Positions 36,601 through 48,600 of a stretch of 64,000 nucleotides of DNA are shown here, in pieces. Origin of the DNA: Haliotis rufescens (Eukaryota); contig NW_025964001.1 of the NCBI RefSeq assembly GCF_023055435.1, forward strand, positions 41,416,001 to 41,480,000, written 5' to 3'. The position numbers and the translations under genes were made by a program. A model generated the notes under the pieces. It did no database searches and was not told the DNA's origin. It worked only from the letters and a program-made list of their open reading frames with translations. Numbering within the stretch: position 1 is the stretch's first letter; each line of letters begins with the position of its first letter.

Positions 36601-39600
36601 CGGGTGATTCTTTTGAGGACATACTATTTCTCCGCGAACTTCTAAATCTGTTGTATGTGGCTCACTGTTGATATTTTGAAATGTTTCATGTTAATACAAC
36701 TGTTTGCTCGTAGATTTATCAAAACAAAAAAATACTTTCAGACCAAATTCCAGGCACTTTGAACAAGACGATTTGCTGAGTATATTAAACTTTATCTTTA
36801 CATATCAAAATTGACACTTTAATATGAATGGCATTGTGTGTTTTGTTCATCTTCCAGGAAAAGAATTTGTCAACATACACTTTGACCACAAGGAAGAACT
36901 TTCCCATGGACAGAGGTTTCACATCTGTATTCAAGCCGATGAGACGGAGGTGACAAATGAGAAATGGGCGACTGTCCTGAAAGAGGTGAATGCTTGTAGT
37001 GACGGTATCACTGTCGACCTCACTCCACCATCTCCTGGCTCGGTCAGTATCCAGGGGCTAAAGGAAAACATATATCAGGTATGTAACATTTCATTTCTTG
37101 GCATCAGTGACAAAAGTGACATATGTTTCCGTGGTCCTTTTTCAAGTGACAGCTGACTTACCTTTGCATGTGTTTGTGATGAGTGTAACTGATGGGGCAG
37201 GATACACTCACCTTTTCGCGAATACTTGGTATCATCACAATTTGATAGTGATTCAAAAACATATGCTTATGATATAGTCGGAATAGTACAATGGTCAGAC
37301 AAGATTTCTTATGATTATGGAAAGTGTTTCCACAAACAACTAATTGTCATCACTGATTTTCAGTTGTTCATTCATATAATTCTATTTCACCCTTTTACGC
37401 CAATGGAATCTGTTTCGGCAGATAATGTAGACTGGTTGTTCTCTTGCATTGATAATTTAAATACATTTCGTCACTTTATTTATTTGACTAACCTAGCTGT
37501 ATGACCGGAATGGGGTTAGTCAAACAGAGAGGGTTGACTATTGGCGGTTCATTGCAACTAATCTGGATATATTGGACGTTCCGCTCTTATGCTGTAAGCA
37601 TTTTTTCAGGAAATTTTTACATAATCCAAACTGGAAGTTGTGATAGCTTTGTTACACACTGAGTTAGAAACATGAAACATTCTGTTCAAAAGTTCAAACG
37701 CAGTTAGCATCTTCTTTTACTGAAACCTGAGATGATTATGAATAATCCATTAACGAACTATATCTCTCACAGATGAGCACATCTGAAGTGAGTGTTAACT
37801 GGTCTGGCTTTACTGATGTGGAGGAGGAAGGAACAAGTTCACATGCGAGCGGCATCGCCTTCTATCATGTTGCATTAGGTAGGACAATATTGTACGTTGA
37901 GATGTATGTCAAGTACATAATGTTTTATAGGTTTTTTTCTTCTGTTTCTTTCTTCTTACGAACAGAGTTTATTGAAGTTTCAGAACATGGACTTTGTACG
38001 AGTATTGAATAATCTACTAATAGATAAGAATGTAATGTACATTGCTGAAATGACAAACGCGTTCATGTAACAGGGTCAATGCCAGGAGAGGAAGACATCA
38101 GGGTGTTTGCAAATGTTGGACACGCCAATCACACCATGCTATCAGGTCTTCAACTACAAGACGGACACGTCATCTATGCTACTGTCAGAGGTACATGTAT
38201 ATATCTGTGTATGAAACAGGTCTTCTAATAATGATTCAGTAATGTTATTTACAGAAACTATATGTACCACTGTTGTCATTGACCTCATAATACTACCATT
38301 TACAGAAACTATATGTACCACTGTTGTCATTGACCTCATAATACTACCATTTACAGAAACTATATGTACCACTGTTGTCATTGACCTCATAATACTACCA
38401 TTTACAGAAACTATATGTACCACTGCTGTCATTGACCTCATAATACTACCATTTACAGAAACTATATGTACCACTGCTGTCAATGACCTCATAATACTAC
38501 CATTTACAGAAACTATATGTACCACTGTTGTCATTGACCTCATAATACTACCATTTACAGAAACTATATGTACCACTGTTGTCATTGACCTCATAATACT
38601 ACCATTTACAGCATGAAATGTATTCATATGTATTTGTGGATTCCAGCAGATTGAAACAAAGTAATAATTCTCTTTCTGATTAAATCCTCCTTGGGGCACT
38701 TATTGCATTTTCCTTGCTCAAGAAAATCTATATGACATAGTTGTAACCATTTTCCTTAATAAAAAATGTTACCACACAAAAAACTTCGTTTTTGTATGAT
38801 ATACGACCACCCTTACGGGGCCTCACCCCCAACGGCGCCTCACGCCAGGGGGAGCAACTCTCACCCAAATCACTTTCCTTATGTCATCTGTAAGAGACAG
38901 ACGTGTTGATTTTTCACACAAGACAAAAATAAGAGAAATCTATCGTTCGACAAGAACCATGGCTGACCAAACTGTATGTATGGTACATTTCTTTCTTTGC
39001 AAAGGCGTAATACCTCGCATTGTGAAGTTATAGAGTTGTAATAATACGCCACGTGCACGGTACCTTTGAATTCAAATGGCCGTAATGGCGTCCATATTGT
39101 AGTTCCACGGGCTGATACATGTAACACCAAGGCCATTAAGAAACGGCTTGGGGTTTTGTTATATCATACAGCATTGGTCTACAATTTTTTCCTTTACAAA
39201 ACCCAAGGTGGTGTGTTAATTCATAAACTACACTTACTTTTTTTACGGGTTTTTACACCTTAGCGCGTAACACGCCCCTTTGGTGTTATAATTATACTAC
39301 ACATTGGCTATTAGTATCGCGTTACAAATCGCATTCTACATTACGCCTTTGCTTCTAGTTTCACAATTTATGCACGTTTCTTTCCGATCTTTATATCGCA
39401 CTGATACACGTTGATACCCTTCCCGCCCACCTCAGAAATTACGGTCTTGTTTACAAGACCTTCAAACTGTGTACGGGTTGTTCTAAGACAGGCACGAACG
39501 CTGCCGAATATGTCTGGCGGAGGACATTGCCTTTACCCCCCGGGGCCCCCAAAAGAGACAAGTTGACTTGTTCCACTTAAAAGAGGTCTATTAAAGGCGG

Positions 39601-42600
39601 GGGTAGATATCAGATCTACTAAGACATCCCCCCCTCCCCATCTAAAAAGGGTAAAAAAGCTGCCGAGATTGTCTCCCCCGCTCCCTCTCCGGGGGCCGGG
39701 GGAGAAGGCTCGAGGGTCCCCGTAGTAAGCACTGCACCCTCTCCTGCACTGTCTTTGGCAGACTTTTCTGCGTTACTTAAGTCGCAGATGGCGTCGATGA
39801 TGGAGGAGGTAAAGTCTCAGCTCCGAGAGGAGATGCGGACCGAGCCTTCCCCGTTGTCGGCGCCGGACGCGGCTTCGAGACCTTGTGATATGCCCGGCGT
39901 CGGCCGAGGCAGGCAACTTGGTCTCGGGGACGATCTCAGACCGGGCTTCGGCGCCGGCTCGAGGTCGCTCCCCAGCGGAGGGGTGGCGGGCGCCGGCCCG
40001 TGCACTACCGACGCACAATTTTTCCCTAGCGGAGCCAGACGCCTCTTCCGAGGCCGAGGCTTTCACTAGTGGATTCGTAGCCCGGAGCCAGGGGGGTTCC
40101 CTTGGTCTCGGGGACGATCCGAGACCGAGCTTCGGCTCCGGCTCGAGGTCGCTCCCCAGCGTAGTGGTGGCGGGCACCGGCCCGTGCACTACCGACGCAC
40201 AATTTTCCCTAGCGGAGCCAGACGCCTCTTCCGAGGCCGAGGCGTCCACTAGTGGATACCTAGCCCGGAGCCAGGTTGGTTCCCTTTGTCTCGGGGACGA
40301 TCCGAGACCGAGCTTCGGCTCCGGCTCGAGGTCGCTCCCCAGCGTAGTGGTGGCGGGCACCGGCCCGTGCACTACCGACGCACAATTTTCCCTAGCGGAG
40401 CCAGACGCCTCTTCCGAGGCCGAGGCGTCCACTAGTGGATACCTAGCCCGGAGCCAGGTTGGTTCCCTTTGTCTCGGGGACGATCCGAGACCGAGCTTCG
40501 GCTCCGGCTCGAGGTCGCTCCCCAGCGTAGTGGTGGCGGGCACCGGCCCGTGCACTACCGACGCACAATTTACCCTAGCGGAGCCAGACGCCTCTTCCGA
40601 GGCCAAGGCTTTCACTAGTGGATACCTAGCCCAGTGCCAGGTGGGTTCCCTTGAACCTCCGGCACCTCGGCACCGGGACTCGGCCTCGGGCCGGGTGCAG
40701 AGACACGTGCGGGACAGGATTGTCCATGTACTGCCTCAGGTTGCTGCGCCCATGCCAGAGTCGGAGACACCCAACTTGACTAAGGTCAAGCAGGGCCGGC
40801 GGTTGCCCCCCCTTTCCCGTGTGCGGTGCGGAGTTGAAGGCTGCTTACATATGCTTCGAGGAGCAATATCATAATGCATGCCAACAGCTCCGTGTGTCCG
40901 TACACTCCGCGTATCTGTCGGCTGTACAGAGGGAGTTAGCGGGAGAGGGGCCGGCCGACTCTTCGGAGTTGGCCGCGCAACTAACATTATCTTGCGCGGG
41001 ACGCTATTCGTAGCTGTGCATCGCAGATGATGTGCGCTGTTATGTGCATGCGCAGGCGGTGGATGTCGGTATCTAAATACTCGACTTACACACGCCAAGA
41101 CCTACTTGCTTTGCCGTATAAGAGGGTGCCACCCTCTTCCCTGGGGCTCAGCAGGCGGTCCGAGAGGCTGCTCAATTGTATACTTCCATCAAAGACTCAT
41201 AAGGCCTTGTTGGAGGTACCAAGCGTTAAAACCGCGTAAGCGGGCCTCTCCAATTGTCCCCTCCTACGCTAACGCACGGGTCAGACGTCCACACCTGCTT
41301 GGAAGCCGCCGCTTCCTTCAGGTATAAGGGCGCCGTGAGGAGCAAGAGAGGCACGGGCCGGGGCAAGGCAGCTGGTCGAGGCCAACAGCTTTTTCGCGGG
41401 GCTGGGAACGATGGGTTCCCATTAGCGCCCGAAGAGCCCCGGGTGAACCCATAGTCGCAAGTTATCGGGAAAACTCATCCGCTCCTCCACTTTTCCGGGA
41501 TAAAGCACACACCGGTGCCTGCTACCCGAGAGAAGGCGGAATTCCTCCGTGCCGAGGTCGACGCACTTCTTATGAAAGCTGCGATCGAACCGGGTCCCGA
41601 GGGACAGGAAAGCGAGGGCTTCTACTCGACTTGTTTCCTAGTCACCAAACAGTGATCTCAACTGTCGAGACAGGAGAATGGCTAACGTCAATAGACTTAA
41701 AATACGCCTATCTCCACATACCAATACATCCAGAGTTCAAGAAATACCTGAGGTTTTCTTTCGACGGGAGGTGTTATCAGTTCAGGGTTCTACCATTCGG
41801 GATCTCCACGGCCCCGAGGGTGTTCACCAAGCTGATGTTGATTCCCGCCCAAGTGGCCAGGTCAAAAGGTCGGTTCTGCCATCCGTACCTCGACGACTAG
41901 GTTACTAAGAGCTCTATTGCAATCCCTGAGTCAGATAGCTACACAACAAGTGATAGATATTCTGATCACTCTAGGGTGGATGGTCAATCTCAAGAAGTCA
42001 GATCTGAGCCCTACTCAGAATCTAGTCTTCCTAGTGGCTAATTTCAACACGGTGAGAGGACGTGTATCTCTGTCACAAGATATCAAGTCCCTTAAGCGCA
42101 AGTCACACTGCTCGTACATGGCTCCAGTTACTGGACAACATGGCGGCGACAGTGGATTTGGTCTGGCGGGCGCGCTTGAGAATGAGTCCCATTCAACAAG
42201 CACTCCGTCGACTTTGGGCGAACTCGGAAGATCTCGAGACTGTGCTCGAGACTCCGTAGTGGCTCATTACACACCTCCAGTGGTGGACCGAGGTCGGGAA
42301 TCACTCCCGTTCCGTCTCTCACAGTTCAAACAGACGCGTCACTCTCCGGCTGGGGAGGCGTTCTGAATGATCACACTGCCTCGGGACTATGGTCCCAGCA
42401 GGAGATCAAACTGCATATCAATGTGCTAGAACTGAGAGCGGTCAGGTTGGTGTTCCAACGCTTCCCGGATCTGCTTCGTGGCCAAGTGGTTCGTCTAGAA
42501 ATGGACAACCAAACGGCGATGACTTACATCCGGAAGCAGGGGGGAACGGCGTCTCCGTCGCTTCGACGAAAGACGTGGCAGTTCCTACTATAGTGCGACT

Positions 42601-45600
42601 CTCACGATATCAGGGTGCTACCTGTTTATCTCCCGGGGGTGGACAACGTCCGTGCGGACGCTCTGTCTTGCCGGATCCTCGCTCCTCACGAGTGGAGGCT
42701 CGACCCGGGGATATTCGGGATTTTCTCCCTGTTATACAGGTCGTTACAGGTGGATCTGTTTGCGTCTGGGTTAAATAACCAGACACCAACGTTCTGCTCC
42801 CGAGTCCACGACCCGAGGTCGGTGGCACCGGACGCCTTTCAGCTAGATTGGACGGACAGTTCTGTGGGCATTCTCCCCAGTACCTCTGATTTCCAAGGTC
42901 CTGTCTCAGCTAGGCACTCAGCCTGCGCGACTAATTGTGCTCCTGGCACCTCTTTAGTCGGCGCAGAGTGGGTTTCCAGTAATACTCAGGTTTCTGGCTC
43001 AGCCTCCTGTTATATTACCTTTACGACCGGACCTCCTATCCCAGAACGGGGCCCTCCACCCGAATCTCAGGATTCAATGGGTGGCTTGGCCACTGTCAGG
43101 AATCGCCTCCAGAAGAGCGGTATTCCTGCACGAGTTGCAGACACAATACTGGCTTCGCGGAGGGATTCGACAAACGTTCAGTACGATAGATAGGCCTGCT
43201 ATGCGCCCAGGTGTGTCGATAGAGGGATTGCAGATCTTTTTTCTGCAGATCTCGTATCCGTGCTTGAGTTTCTCCAGTCGCGACTAGATGACGGCCTGGC
43301 CGCATCAACAGTCCGAGGGTACTCTACAGCTATCGCAGCTTTTCACGTCCCTGTCGACGGGGCACTTCTGGGTGCACACCCATTAGTGCAGCGCTTTTTA
43401 GCAGGTGTGGACAGGATCCGACCGCCAGTCCGGCGGATCAGTCCCCCTTGGGACTTGTCAATCATTCTAGATTGGCTGTCCGGTCCTTCCTTTCGGGATC
43501 TGTCGTCTCTCTCTCTTCAGCTGTTGAGCTGGGAGACGGCGTTCCTTGTGGTGGTAACGTCCGGCAGACGGGTAGGCGACATTCGTGTTATGTCAGCCGA
43601 TCCCAAAATAACTGTCTTCCATGGGGTCGATAAATATCACCGGGACAGTCAGTTTTCGTCTACCGGACTATTACCGTCCTAGGGTCGCACACAATTCCAC
43701 GTGAACGGCTCCTATTGAGCTACCCGCTCTTTCACAGCCTTCCTCGTCGGGGACCACTGCAAGACATGCTCATGTCTTGGATGTCCGCACGACTCTCAAG
43801 GCCTATATCAGCAGAAATATGGGTGTCCGTAAGGATAACCAACTATTTTGCTGTTACTGCGGTAGGAAGGTTGGCTCACCTGCGAGTAAACAATCTATCT
43901 CGAGGTGGATAGTTTCAAACATTTGTACAGCGTATACGCTTACAGGCAGGGACCCCCCTACCAGGTTGTAGGCTCATTAGGTTAGAGCAGTGGCTGCGTC
44001 AAAAGCGTACGCCGCGGCTCTGCCCATTGAGCAGATCTGCTCCGCGGCTATTTGGAGCCAGCCGAGCACGATTCATCAAACCTTACCAACTCGACAAACA
44101 CTCAAGCGAGCGTACTCGGTTTGGTCAGTCAGTTCTCCGAACTGGGCAAAGTTCTAATCTCTAGCTGATTGAGCATTCGAGATTTTAGACAGTCTTCCGG
44201 TTATACTGCTCAGTAATGGTCCGGATTTTATCTTCTGCGGTCGATAAATATCAGTCCTTACTACTCGATAATACTCGTATTTTGCGCACGCACTCCTTCG
44301 ATCCTCGGGGACCCTCTGGCCTAGCTCAGCGCTGGTTATGGTCTCTCGTGATCTACGCCCTTATATCACTTGTTCAAAAAAGTGTGGGGGGGTGGGAGGT
44401 GTTTCGAGTTCTCAACTTATGACAAGCCGCAAAAAACAGGCTTTATCATAATATATGGTCGACCACGCCCTGTCTCTAGCCCCCGCCTTTCGACGGTGGT
44501 GCCTCACGATAAGGTTGGTTCCATTTATTGAACTCAATATTTTATTCTGTTGAATAATCAAATACGATGTATTTATTTACGCCTGTTGCTGACGGATGCC
44601 ACTTCCTAGATTATCTTTGGGAGTCTGTCTTGATGCAATAAGTGCCCCAAGGAGGATTTAATCAGAAAGAGAATTTTACAAACCTGTAGAGGTTATGAAT
44701 TCTCTGATGAAATCCTCCTTGGGGCACGGCCACCCACCTCCCCACATTCCGTCAGCATTTGACATATGGAAAGTGATTTGGGTGAGAGTTGCTCCCCCTG
44801 GCGTGAGGCGCCGTTGGGGGTGAGGCCCCGTAAGGGTGGTCGTATATCATACAAAAACGAAGTTTTTTGTGTGGTAACATTTTTTATTAAGGAAAATGGT
44901 TACAACTATGTCATATAGATTTTCTTGAGCAAGGAAAATGCAATAAGTGCCCCAAGGAGGATTTCATCAGAGAATTCATAACCTCTACAGGTTTGTAAAA
45001 ATTGTACACAATCTATCTTATCCTGAGATGATTTTGATTTTGGTGTTTACAGCTACCGACTTTGTCGACAGCCACACAGCTATATCGTCAGCAGGTTTCG
45101 TCATCGACTCTACTCCACCCTACCACACAGGCATAAACATACAACTTGACGAAAGATACATCACAGCGCCCATCCTTTCAGTGTGGTACATATTAGTAAA
45201 TTTACGAATTTTTAAACTTATCCTATCTCACACTATGCATTTCTTCTTATTCTTCGAACTTGGTGTGGAAACGTCCTAGAACAAAGTTTCCAGCTTCAAA
45301 AAACACCACTCACTCAAACACATCCCTTACATCACCAATCACCAGTGTGATCATGGTTCACGCACCACTAAAATCCCGTTCAACACAACCCGAGCGTCCT
45401 GATCACCTGACATATCCAGCACCCTCATTCTCAATTCTATCGCTGTGGTGTTAAGAGGTTATTCTTGAACAGAGAAATTTTGTTTGTTTTTGTTTTTTTG
45501 TTTTTTTTAATATATATATATAAAATTTAAATACACGACATCACTACTAAAGTTTACCATTACCACGAAGAGAGAGTGGTATTAATAACGATGTCCACTG

Positions 45601-48600
45601 TGTACCACCTTGCCATTGGATCTCAACTTACTTAGCTTAGTGTTCGATAAAGGCGACTGTTCGTCGGTTCAAGGCGTTGTTTACGGGTTTTCGTGCATGT
45701 TGTTTTTCCTCCGCTTTGAAACCCAAACGATTGTGTTATCTCCTGTAGCTGTACCTTCGTTTTCTTGCCTAACAAAATATTATAGTCAATTTGGCGATGA
45801 TTTCATCGCTATCCGTAGAGGAGGATCGCTTTCCGTCTTGTTTGACTGTTGAGATTCCCGCCTCTGTGCGGACCACACCCCTGTGCACGTGCCCGCTCCC
45901 TGGCTTCTACAGTCATCCCGCATTTAAATGGCCAGTTCATCGTGTTGGACTACGGCCCTTTACTCAGCTTGGGAAGTCAAGCCGTCAACTGAGGGTTGCC
46001 TCTTCCCCAGACACACTTGTTACTCGGGTCATCGCTTCTACAGCGCTCTGAGGATACAGCTACACCTCTCAGGCTTTCTAATGGCAACAACCCTTCTACC
46101 GAAAACACTACAATCGTCGGCGAGGAAGTGATAGCCACCTGACGACGGATCTTCACTCACAGGATCGTCCACCTTCGCTGGATCGTAACGACCGAGTGAT
46201 CAAGGGATCATAGACGACCGAGGGATCGACAGATTGACAGATCACCAGACTTCACCATTATCGACAAAACGCTGATGTTGGATGGACAGTCCGTCAGATC
46301 GTACCTCGGAGGATCAATAGTTTTGCCTCTTCTACAGATCGATACCGAGGGATCCCCATTCTACGATACACATCGATGCATCAACACATCGATACGTTGA
46401 CACATGGATAAATCAATACGTCGACACATGGATAAATCGATACAGTGACACGTCGATACATCGATACGGCGACACATGGATACATCGATACGTCGACACA
46501 TATCGCTTTATATCGCTTTATGACCATATTCTACAAGCAACTGACTGCCTCTACACCCTTGTTTTTCGTTACTCGGGACACCGCTCGTGTGTTGGGAGCT
46601 TTTGACCACGCGATCGGAAAGATCTGTATTTCCTGTTTCTGCGCAAGGGTGAATTACATATCACGCCGAGAATGCTGTTTGTAAACAAGACTACCATGCT
46701 GACTTTGGTACAGACTGATCTCATGCGAGCCGAGCGAAGAATTTACAGTAGTAGTCAATGACTATACGCACGGTCTCTCACATCTTCACAACGCCTGTTG
46801 TCGTCGCATCGATGTTGAAATGCACAGCGCTTTTTTCCGGTGCTTAGGCGATAGAATCCATCATCTCTTCACTAGTTCTCCGCGTCGCCGATCAACCTGG
46901 CAGGACAAGTCATTCCTCACTTATTCAAGACGAGAGCTGGTGAATATCGACATTTTATTATTGGTATATGATCCTAATGTTCTCCTCGTCTATTCAAGGC
47001 ACGGTTTCTGCTACTACTGCTCTTCAACGTGATCCAGATTACCTTGCTTCGTACAAACAGCCAACCAGTAAACTACATCTTCAGTAGCCATGACAGTCAC
47101 TTTGTTAGCACAACACAAATAGTCCAATGAATGACAGTCATATATACATAGGCCCTCCCAAACATCCAAGAGGTGAGTGTTGATTGGCTTAGAGCAACTG
47201 CTCACCTGGTGAGAAGAGGTGATCTGCATCTTCAGCCTCGTTTTTCTACTAGATACTAGATCACACACACGACCGTCAAGATTTTACAATCGCTTTAGAA
47301 CACAATTTTTGTGTTATGTGTGCTTGAACGTCGATCTGCAGACAAACTCATCTCCACATCAACAACTCGAAAGTTCAACATCCTACGTATGGTAATAGCT
47401 ATTACACTTCGGACGACCTCTCCGCTACCCCATTCCAACCGCCACCAGTCAACAGACGACAGCTTGGACTGACATAACAGAAGGAGAACCACCCTTCTTG
47501 TCACTGGCGGTACACTACCCTTTGGAATTGTTTCGACCCATGACTATGCACACGAGCGACTAAACCAATTGCTGTTCATCACACAGGAATCCGTAATACA
47601 TTTTACCTGGATGAAGGGATTCAAGCCTGGATATCAACAATTACTCAGACCACACAACTAGGTTGGTTAATAAATTTTCAGAAGTCAGAATGACAACCAT
47701 TCCAGGATCTCCATTCCTTGGGATGAAGTCTAATGAGCCAGACTAACATCCTAGTACCAGAACAAATTGAGGAAACACCTCTTGTGAAGGACAGTGGAAT
47801 CAATTATGTACGCAGGAACTTGTTTACACAAGCCGGAATACAACAACCACCTGTACATGGATGCCTCACTTCAAGGTCGGGGAGCTCACTTCAACTTGGA
47901 AGTAACATCAGGCCTATGGTCAGAAGCAGACAGCTCTACCACATCAATTATCTGGAATACGAGGCTGTAATCCGGGCAATATTTCTTTGGAACCCACAGA
48001 CAAGAAACCAATGTCTGAGGATCAGGACACTCATTTCAACTATGGCATGCACCTTCAAGGCACAATGAAATCAGAGACACTCCTGCAGTTGACTTTTCAC
48101 ATTTGGTAGACAAGCTCAACTTACAGATAAAGGCAAGACATATACCGGGAGCGGCAAGTGGATTAGCAGACACCTTGTCCAGAAGCTACAGCCGAAGCAT
48201 TCCAACTGGCAATAAAAGAAAAGGTTGTCTACTAATAACCCTATTTGCATGAGATAACATTGTGTCACCAGCACCGGGCCCACTAGCCTGGTCAATCGAT
48301 GCTCTGACATTATCATGGGAGGACCTAAACGCGTATGCGTTTCCCCCACCAGCCTTGATACCAAGGATTCTACAAGATTCTACACACGAGCTACCTACAA
48401 CTGCTGTTGGTAGCGCCTTCTGACCGACAAGAACTTGGGTTCCAGATATCGTCAAACTGGCAGAGATTCCACTACTAAGACTTACAAACTGGTCACATCT
48501 ACTGCTACATCCTCACTCCAATCAGGTCCATCCAAGACCAGAATTATACGAACTTCACGTATGGAGTATATCAAGAGCAGTCTCGTAAGATGATTTCCAT

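Larger units (their letters stand above)
38667..45000 (+). mobile_element. DIRS-type retrotransposon E, complete termini, decayed ORFs
   Basis: ~210-bp ITRs 38676-38886 / 44760-44970, nearly identical. ICR 44634-44727 spells the junction GTTTGTAAAATTCTC. gag with FKLCTGC, RT (SIDLKYAYLH, PYLDD), RH, MT (VDLFASGLN) and YR (TSGRRVGDI). Confidence 0.95.

Noticed and set aside
38247-38611. Regular repeats as a CRISPR array (also 27068-27489 and 39917-40650)
   Set aside because: Head-to-tail tandem units with no unique spacers, no cas genes, and a eukaryotic intron context.
38154-40615. Long minus-strand ORFs 38154-38699 and 39773-40615 as real proteins
   Set aside because: By-products of tandem repeats with unit lengths divisible by 3.
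44700-44780. Hammerhead ribozyme from CTGATGA...GAAA in the E/G ICR
   Set aside because: Could not form stems I-III around the core; the sequence is explained as the complement of the right terminus.
46370-46505. TCGA-rich short repeats (gatacgtcgacacat)
   Set aside because: Degenerate low-complexity repeat within the R/S-rich gag region of F; no independent function evident.
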